The position numbers and the translations under genes are program-made. DNA of 64,000 nt from a virus: UHGV virus genome UHGV-0042229, one strand, 5' to 3'. This document shows positions 57,235 to 64,000 of this stretch, in pieces. Every line of letters starts with the position of its first letter. Positions within the stretch are counted from its first letter, which is position 1. The notes beneath the pieces were generated by a model. That model did not search any database and had not been told where the DNA came from. It saw only the letters and a program-made list of their open reading frames with translations.

Positions 57235-60200
57235 ATACCCAAAACGTCATGAGCTACACCTCGAGTGTCCCCCTTACAAGACACAGAACGTCTGGCAAAA
57301 AGAGGTTCCACTCTGAAGCCACTGTCATGATAAAGCTCTCTGATGTTTGGCGCGCCACTGTTAGTAATGAGAACCTTTGCACCTCGACGATGAGCATCCG
57401 TCAACAGAGACACCAGGCGTTTTTGCTCTTCAAACTTAAAGTCATGACCGGAATAGTTCGTGAATCCCTCTGTATTTGGAAGCGGTTCATACGGCGGATC
57501 GCAAAAGATGACATCTCCTTCTCCGGCAGCTTCAATCACCGCTGCAAAATCACCGCATACAAACTCAGACCGCCCTTCCGCACCGAGGAAGGCTTCCATC
57601 TCCTGTAATGGGAAATACGGAGTTTTATACTTCCCATAACCGACATTGAACTCACCGGCCTGGTTGTAGCGCGTCAATCCGTTAAAACAATGTCGGTTCA
57701 GGAACAAAAACGCCGCTGCGCGATGTAAATCATCATAGACTTGTTTGTTAAACGCATTCCGTACTGCCAAGTATCCCTCCTGGGTGTTGTAGTCCAGGAA
57801 AAAACGATGTGCCAGAGTGATAAGTGAATGCTCCTCGCGTTGCAGAGTCTTGTAAAAGTTAATCAGGTCAGCATTCACATCATTTAGCAGATTTTCCTGG
57901 TATCCGGCATTCATGAAGACAGCTCCGCCACCGACGAAAGGTTCAATCAGGCGCTTCCCTTCTGGCAAATAGCGAAAGATTTGTTCCAGAACACCAAATT
58001 TTCCACCGGCCCATTTGAATATGGACCGTTCGAATTCTGCCGCTGGTTTAACTTTTCGCTCTTTTGTTTCACTTCCTTCTTTCTGCCGACATACGGCCTT
58101 AGTAATCCGATCGCCAATCCAGCGCATTACTGGTATTGCCATACTATTGCCGATCGCTTTGTAACGCGGTCCGTCAGCTGCAAGCATTGCGGCCTCTTCT
58201 TCGCTTAAATCTGGATAGTGATTGTGCAGATATGCCAGTTCATCTGAATTAACTTTTTTACGCTTTTCCGTAGGGATCAACGTATGCCAATCAGGAAAAC
58301 CTTGCAGCCTTTCACATTCGACAGGGGTAAGACGGCGCATTCTACCGTCGCCGAGCAATACAATTGGTGCTTCATGGTTACATGTCAAAGTTGGTGCCGA
58401 ATTATCGGTTTTTATCTCAGCCCCTCCTTGCCCATGTGCCATGGCAATTATGTTTGTATCATCGCAAGTTCTGATAGCGATGTTTGAAGTATATCTGGTA
58501 GTTTCCTTCCCCTCGCCTCTGCTCGGCGCAATATTCCGGCGCACGCCTTCGAACTCAAAAAGTACCGTTGCGGGATCGAGGTCTGTTCGAGCACTTGCGA
58601 CAACAAACACGCGTCGGCGTCGTTGTGCCACTCCGAAGTATTGGGCATCAAGGATTCTCCAGGCCACTTTTCGCTGCGGTCCATAAATACAACCACACTG
58701 CGGCCACTTTGGAGCATGGCAACCGGTTTTGACATCCCACCGCCAGAATGCGTTACTTTTTCCTGATTCAGGTCGATCACCTGGTTCGAATGGCGCATCT
58801 TCTCCAGCCAATCCGGCAAGGAAACATCCGAAGGCGTTATCTGCCGATGACAAGACTCCTGGGACATTTTCCCAGACGATAACGGCTGGTTTGAGAAATG
58901 ACTCAGCCCGTTTGTCGTCAATTGCATTTGCAAGCTCCACATACTTTAAAGTTAGCGCGCCACGCTCATCATCAAGCCCACCACGTAATCCAGCGATACT
59001 GAATGCCTGACAGTTATGGACCACCGCACCATTGAGGATATAGGAATGATCACCTTCGACTTCTATGTTGTATACAGTATCTAGGCCTACCGATTTAAAC
59101 TCTTTGACTGTTCGTAAAAGCATTCCATGAGCCAATCTTGATTTACGTGACAATTTCTGCGGGCAGATTGTTACCTGATAATAATTCCGTTGATTTACCA
59201 CGCGATCCTCAATCACTTTTTTGGGCTTAACTTCAATAAAGCTGACCGAAGAAACATAACCACAAGTCTGTGACAACTCCGCAACGCCCCAAGCAAGCGC
59301 AGGACTAACACTATTAATTCTAAATCCCGCTTTACCACTTGGTGTCCCATCAGTATCAAGATAGCCTTGTAAAAACACATGACGCAATGGATGCGACATA
59401 ACCCATGCAGGGATACGCTTAGCATGGCTTAACTCGCCAAAATGTTCATTAAGCCAATTGGCATAACACGTATCATTCAAGGTTACTTTGATGCTCCCTC
59501 GGATTTCGCTTGCCACGGAAAATATGTTTTCTGGTATGCGGCAATGAAACTTTCTCAATTTCTGGCAATTTATGCCAAAAACAACCGCCTTCTTAGATTT
59601 ACCTCTCCATCTCCTAATATATCCATCGCCAACATAAGCGCCCGCAAGATACATAGCCTGTTCTTCAGACAAGAACCGAGAACAAATATCTGGAGATGCA
59701 ATATTGAAATTAGTTAGAGCACACCATTGATATCCCGGCATATCACATGCTGCTCGCCATTCCGGTTCAGACAACAACTCTCTCTTAAAATATGTGCCAT
59801 TTTTCCGGGTGTTTTGGGCTTTCCACCGAACCGCCAGGAAGGGATGGTCATTGGTTGTTCTTATACCTAAAGGCTGCCCAACGGCATTAAGTAACCCCGT
59901 ATTAGCTATTTTTGAACCAACTCTTTTTACTTGTTGTAACCGCCCGAGATGACTGACTACGTAATCGCCAGGGCAAACATCTTCTATTGGTTTATAACCA
60001 TTTTTACAAAGAACCATATGCCCCGCGGTAAAACATGGTGTCCCTCCCACCAGCACATCAGGGGCTTCAATTTCTCCAGCCTGGACTTTTTGGGCGAGTT
60101 TTGTCATGTCGCCAAGGTTGGCGACATGGGGCCAGTGGTACGCAAGAACGGCAGATGGAAAAGGCTCGATTTCAGCAAACCACGCCGGACGCATACCCAA

Positions 60201-60266
60201 CGGTTCCCAGGCAATACTCGCGGCTTCAATTCCACTGCAAACAGATCCATAGCACAGCTCTTTCAC
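57225..60266 (-). CDS. dmt: Dmt-like bifunctional DNA methyltransferase (C5-cytosine domain with intein, plus Dam-like N6-adenine domain)
   Basis: N-terminal C5-MTase motifs [13 protein letters not shown]...[25 protein letters not shown]; C-terminal Dam-like [19 protein letters not shown]. Confidence 0.85.
59013..60035 (-). mobile_element. 341-aa intein with LAGLIDADG homing endonuclease inside dmt
   Basis: Insert begins CFTAGHMVL, ends GAVVHN followed by +1 Cys; [11 protein letters not shown] and [11 protein letters not shown] motifs; block B TTNDHPF; splits GGTP|CQAFSIAG. Confidence 0.8.
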
Positions 60267-61168
60267 TGCTTAGCCTCTCCGCCAAGGGCATTTACCAGAG
60301 CATCAACCAGGCACGAAATTTCACTGGTTAACAGGAAGAAATCTGCGTCCAGTCGCTGCGCAACATCTTCACTATCAATATCAGAGTTCTGCTCAAGCAA
60401 TTCATCCGCAAATTTGACGCTGGTAAGGCTGAAGTTATGGTCCAGTGTAAATTTAATGCGGTTCTGCCAGTCGAGTGCCAACTTAGTGACGAGCTTGCCA
60501 GCTTCCAGGTGTGTGGAAATTTCATCGCTTCCCAAATCCTGCTTTTTCACTCGGGCAATACCGCCATCCTCAAGCACTGCCTTAAGTTCTGCCGCATCCC
60601 CCATTTGAAATCCCTGTGGAGCACTACCATCACGTACCCAGTCGGTCAGCGTTAATTCAATGGGATTTTCAACACTCAGGGGAACAACAGGAAGAGAACC
60701 AAGAGACTTACGCATAAGCGCGAGCATATCCTCTGCCTGCCGCGCGCTGGCATTGATATAGATACGTTTAGTTGAACCGTCGTAGATCGCCTGGATAACA
60801 GAAAACTTTGAAAAAGCCCGTGGCAGAAGAGAATGCAGAACTTCGTCTTTCAGGGAGTCCTTCTCTGTTTTCTTCAGTTTACGCGCTTGTTCTTGCTCAA
60901 GTTTTTCAATTTTTTCTTGAATAGCTCGCTGGATAACCGGCGGGGGAAGAATTTTTGTTTCGCGCTTTGCTTCAACAAGGATAAAACCATTTCCATGCAT
61001 AGCGATAACTTCGGAATTATCACCAAATGGCGATACAAAACCGAACTTGGCCATATCCTGACTACCGCATGGCGTGAAAAGGATCATTTTCTTTTTATCT
61101 TCTAAGTCGGTCAGATCCGCCTCACGAGAAAGTTTATAAATAGTAATGTTTTTCCAGTGCTTAAACAT
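60263..61168 (-). CDS. hrdC: RdgC-family recombination-associated protein (HrdC-like)
   Basis: [16 protein letters not shown]...[14 protein letters not shown]...[11 protein letters not shown]...[13 protein letters not shown] close to E. coli RdgC as recalled; track ORF start 61282 is upstream in frame. Confidence 0.85.
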   Translation of the reverse strand: MFKHWKNITIYKLSREADLTDLEDKKKMILFTPCGSQDMAKFGFVSPFGDNSEVIAMHGNGFILVEAKRETKILPPPVIQRAIQEKIEKLEQEQARKLKKTEKDSLKDEVLHSLLPRAFSKFSVIQAIYDGSTKRIYINASARQAEDMLALMRKSLGSLPVVPLSVENPIELTLTDWVRDGSAPQGFQMGDAAELKAVLEDGGIARVKKQDLGSDEISTHLEAGKLVTKLALDWQNRIKFTLDHNFSLTSVKFADELLEQNSDIDSEDVAQRLDADFFLLTSEISCLVDALVNALGGEAKQ

Positions 61169-61517
61169 GTTGTAACCCTTGAATATCAACCACAGAAAGC
61201 TCGTCTTTGTAGAAAAAGGCCAGGTTGTGGCACCCCCTCGTTTGAGCGTATGAGCTGGGACCAATTTCGTTCTTCCAGACAAATGGCTTCAAATCCGTAC
61301 GGCGAAGCATAAAAACGCGATTTGTTCCGCTCTGATTCCCAATGAGGCAAAAGCCTTCTTTCACCTTGATAGCCTGCAAGTTGTCGAGTTCACCGCTGGT
61401 TACACGGCTATCGAACTCCTTGCGGCTTATTAGCTCCATCTGCATCTGACGACTCCAAACAAATGCCCATTGAAGGGCGATGGCTGAATGGTACCGAAAA
61501 TACGACATAAAAAACAA
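61161..61517 (-). CDS. hypothetical protein upstream of hrdC (Uhr-like position)
   Basis: 118-aa ORF; first gene after a C1 operator. Confidence 0.4.
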   Translation of the reverse strand: MFFMSYFRYHSAIALQWAFVWSRQMQMELISRKEFDSRVTSGELDNLQAIKVKEGFCLIGNQSGTNRVFMLRRTDLKPFVWKNEIGPSSYAQTRGCHNLAFFYKDELSVVDIQGLQHV

Positions 61518-61533
61518 TATTTATTAGAGCAAT
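61517..61533 (-). promoter_or_regulatory. C1 operator (1 mismatch)
   Basis: ATATTTATTAGAGCAAT at the head of the uhr-hrdC-dmt operon. Confidence 0.65.
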
Positions 61534-61614
61534 TTTGCAATAGTTGAACTCCATGTAGACCACAAACAACCTGAGTTAAAATAACGAAAATCAGAGCAAA
61601 TAATTGGTGATAAC

Positions 61615-61899
61615 GTGGCAAGTATTGCAACAAAAGACAGCATTTGTTCGGGGCACGGAGGATTCCCATCCAGGCCTCCTGTAGAGAGTGAAGCACTACT
61701 TAAAGTCAACGGAGTCGAAGTGTTAGTTGATGGTAAGCAATATGCACAGCATACCGATGGAAACAGTACGCACGGTGGGCAAGCTATATCAACCAGGGCA
61801 TGGTTTACCGTCAATGGTAAAGGGATCGTATGCGTTGGTGACCCTGTTTCATGCGGATCTACCGTAGCGTCCGGAGACGGCCTGGTTCAGGTAAGTTAG
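61615..61899 (+). CDS. PAAR-domain protein
   Basis: 94 aa with CSGHGG and DPVSCGSTVASG PAAR-like motifs. Confidence 0.55.
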   Translation: MASIATKDSICSGHGGFPSRPPVESEALLKVNGVEVLVDGKQYAQHTDGNSTHGGQAISTRAWFTVNGKGIVCVGDPVSCGSTVASGDGLVQVS

Positions 61900-61907
61900 G
61901 AGATATC

Positions 61908-62696
61908 ATGCTGGAAAAAGACTACCAGTTATCCGCATATAAAAAATTGGCCGCCGCCGGTGGGATGAAAACACCTGGTGCCATAACATCGGCACGAAAC
62001 AGTGCTAACACAGCAAAACTGCTTGCAGAAGAATTGACCGGATTAATTCTGGATACAATTGTCTATCCCGACACTATTACCAGCTATGTTTCAACGATCA
62101 GAACAACCACAACCGGCTTAACGAACATTGGAGAACTGGCAACTAAGCACGCGGACCTGTTGGCTGGTTATGCAGATCTGTCAATGCTGCTTCAACTCGA
62201 TATTGGTTGGGATGTTTACTGCCGTGCTAATGAGCGAGAAGTATCAGAACTGCCGATCTCTATTGCCATTGGTGACGCGACTACAACGAAATCGCTTGAG
62301 GACGCTGTAAATGCGCTTAATGCGTCGAGTTTAGTCGCTGCTATGGGTGACGTTAACCAGACCCTTAACACAGGCTCAGGAAGCTCGTCAGGCTCTGATT
62401 CAGGTGGCGGCGCAGTCACTCCCCCACCAGCACTGACAGAACAACAAGTTGAAGCACTGAAGGAAGCTACTGAACAATTTGGTGCTTTTTTCGACCAGAC
62501 AACAGTACCGGTAGCAGCATTGCAACAGCAGTATGAACGAGCGAAGGAAAGCGCCAGCGTAGCCATAACTGCTTATAACCATGCTATCGGAACCGCGCTG
62601 GCGGAAGCATCAGCAAATAAGGCCAGCACCGCCAGCGCAGTCGCAGCTTTGGTTCCTGATTCTGTTCTTGATGAATTAAACAAGGCGACACTTTAA
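61908..62696 (+). CDS. hypothetical protein with Ser/Gly-rich linker
   Basis: Start placed at MLEKDYQ after an AGGAGA RBS; GSGSSSGSDSGGG linker. Confidence 0.4.
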   Translation: MLEKDYQLSAYKKLAAAGGMKTPGAITSARNSANTAKLLAEELTGLILDTIVYPDTITSYVSTIRTTTTGLTNIGELATKHADLLAGYADLSMLLQLDIGWDVYCRANEREVSELPISIAIGDATTTKSLEDAVNALNASSLVAAMGDVNQTLNTGSGSSSGSDSGGGAVTPPPALTEQQVEALKEATEQFGAFFDQTTVPVAALQQQYERAKESASVAITAYNHAIGTALAEASANKASTASAVAALVPDSVLDELNKATL

Positions 62697-62735
62697 CAAA
62701 GGACTTCACAGATAATTTTTCTTCAGGAGGAAGAA

Positions 62736-63158
62736 ATGTCGTTTTTTTCAACGTTAAAAACAGCTTTGTCTTTGAAGGAGAAACTTGCTGTTACTGGTGT
62801 TCTTGTCCTGATTTGCGCACTTGTTGGTGCTGGGTTTGCATGGGAACGTTATCAGTTAAAGCAAGCCTTGGAAAAAATTGGCAGCCTTGATCAGGCTGTT
62901 AAGGAGCGCGATAAGTCAATCATTGATCTTAACCAGACCATTGAGACGATGAATAAAGCGGATCAACATTTTCACAGCCAGGAAGTGAAAAATGAATCAG
63001 AACAAGCGAAGTATGCAGACAGACAAATGGAACGAAAAGCTGAAGTTCAGAAACAACTGGTTGCGTCGGGTAGTGTTCGCCAGCGCATTCCTGTTGACAC
63101 TCAGCGGTTGCTCCGGGAGTCGATCAGCGAATTTAACGCCGACGCCGACAAAGGTTAA
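62736..63158 (+). CDS. i-spanin (Rz-like)
   Basis: N-terminal TM helix then coiled-coil periplasmic domain. Confidence 0.55.
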   Translation: MSFFSTLKTALSLKEKLAVTGVLVLICALVGAGFAWERYQLKQALEKIGSLDQAVKERDKSIIDLNQTIETMNKADQHFHSQEVKNESEQAKYADRQMERKAEVQKQLVASGSVRQRIPVDTQRLLRESISEFNADADKG

Positions 63159-63324
63159 TCACCCTGCCCCCAAAAGTGCATTTATGTGCAGGATGCCAGA
63201 GTTTAGCAGTGAATATTTTGATGATCTGCCAGCCTATATCCTTGATACAGAAACGATGCTGATGGGGATTAACAGGAAGAATCGCAACGTTAATGATTAC
63301 AACCGCGCTATCAGCGGTAACTAA
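62992..63324 (+). CDS. o-spanin (Rz1-like lipoprotein), overlapping the i-spanin gene in another frame
   Basis: Lipobox FLLTLSGC then Pro/Thr-rich mature region; true start probably internal to the listed ORF. Confidence 0.5.
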   Translation: MNQNKRSMQTDKWNEKLKFRNNWLRRVVFASAFLLTLSGCSGSRSANLTPTPTKVNHPAPKSAFMCRMPEFSSEYFDDLPAYILDTETMLMGINRKNRNVNDYNRAISGN

Positions 63325-63335
63325 AAGGGATTTTT

Positions 63336-63728
63336 ATGTCTGATAAAGTAACAGTAAAGCAAACTATCAACAAAGCGACTTCAATCTACAAAATTGAGCA
63401 AATCACTGTTGGCAAGCCAGGATCTGAACAATACCGTCGTGCTTTCGAGCTTGCCGATCAGCTTGGTTTAAAACACCCGGATTGCATTGAGCATGTATTT
63501 CCGACCTATGCTGATGAGCAATGTACTCATGTTCTTACCGAAGAGGATTTTTTCTGCACTGAAGAACGAGAAGGAGTTGATCGCTGCATTGGTGTGATTT
63601 GCTCTTCAGTGAGTTATGAGTTATTCCCTAATGTCCATGAAGATGGTGGTGTTGGATACCAATTCCTGTACGAAGGCGATGAGCTTAAATGTTATGAACA
63701 TGGTCTTCTTATCGAAAGCGTAGAATAA
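63336..63728 (+). CDS. hypothetical Cys-rich protein (UpfA-like position next to repeats)
   Basis: 130-aa ORF. Confidence 0.4.
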   Translation: MSDKVTVKQTINKATSIYKIEQITVGKPGSEQYRRAFELADQLGLKHPDCIEHVFPTYADEQCTHVLTEEDFFCTEEREGVDRCIGVICSSVSYELFPNVHEDGGVGYQFLYEGDELKCYEHGLLIESVE

Positions 63729-63882
63729 TACCCTTCCTTCCAACCGGCTATGTTGGCCGGTTTATTCAACTTATCCACAGCATAGATCCAATAAACAGAT
63801 CCTAAAGAGAACCTAGGAAGATCCAAAGAAGATCCCGGATCGCTGTAAGCCGCGTCATTACTGGCCTGAAATGGGATCAACA

Positions 63883-63989
63883 TTGACTATACGCGATTTT
63901 ATGTTGACTGTGCACGATTTATTGTTGACTGCACGCGATTTATTGTTGACTATACGCGACAGAAACATTGACTGTAAGCGATTTTAGAG
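63883..63989 (+). repeat. five 21-22-bp direct repeats (iteron-like), consensus TTGACTRYRCGCGATTT
   Basis: Repeat units start at 63883, 63904, 63925, 63946, 63968 with near-helical phasing; array may continue beyond the window. Confidence 0.6.
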
Positions 63990-64000
63990 TCTGAATATTC

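Overview
This 64-kb window reads as a large part of a P1-like temperate phage / phage-plasmid genome, mostly inverted relative to the conventional P1 map. All calls come from reading the sequence and the supplied ORF translations; no database search or folding program was run, and P1 gene names for the less conserved proteins rest on size and gene order. Recognisable backbone: cin invertase with an upstream cix-like crossover site, lydA/lydB and the darA antirestriction operon, ssb, the SAR endolysin lyz, pro/prt, the 2255-aa darB, ref, cre with a canonical loxP site, coi-c1, an icd-ant module, pacA/pacB with the GATC-hexamer pac site, lpa, phd-doc, ban with three tRNAs, a Dmt-like fused C5/N6 DNA methyltransferase, an RdgC homologue, spanins, and iteron-like repeats at the right edge. 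At least 15 copies of the 17-bp C1 operator motif (ATTGCTCTAATAAATTT) sit at operon boundaries. Most notable: a 341-aa LAGLIDADG intein inserted exactly in the PCQ catalytic motif of the cytosine methyltransferase domain of dmt. Other cargo outside the classical P1 backbone: an EcoR124-family type IC R-M locus whose hsdM carries a -1 frameshift in a T-run, an AT-rich GNAT acetyltransferase island where P1 carries res-mod, and a terminase-large-subunit paralog with degenerate ATPase motifs.
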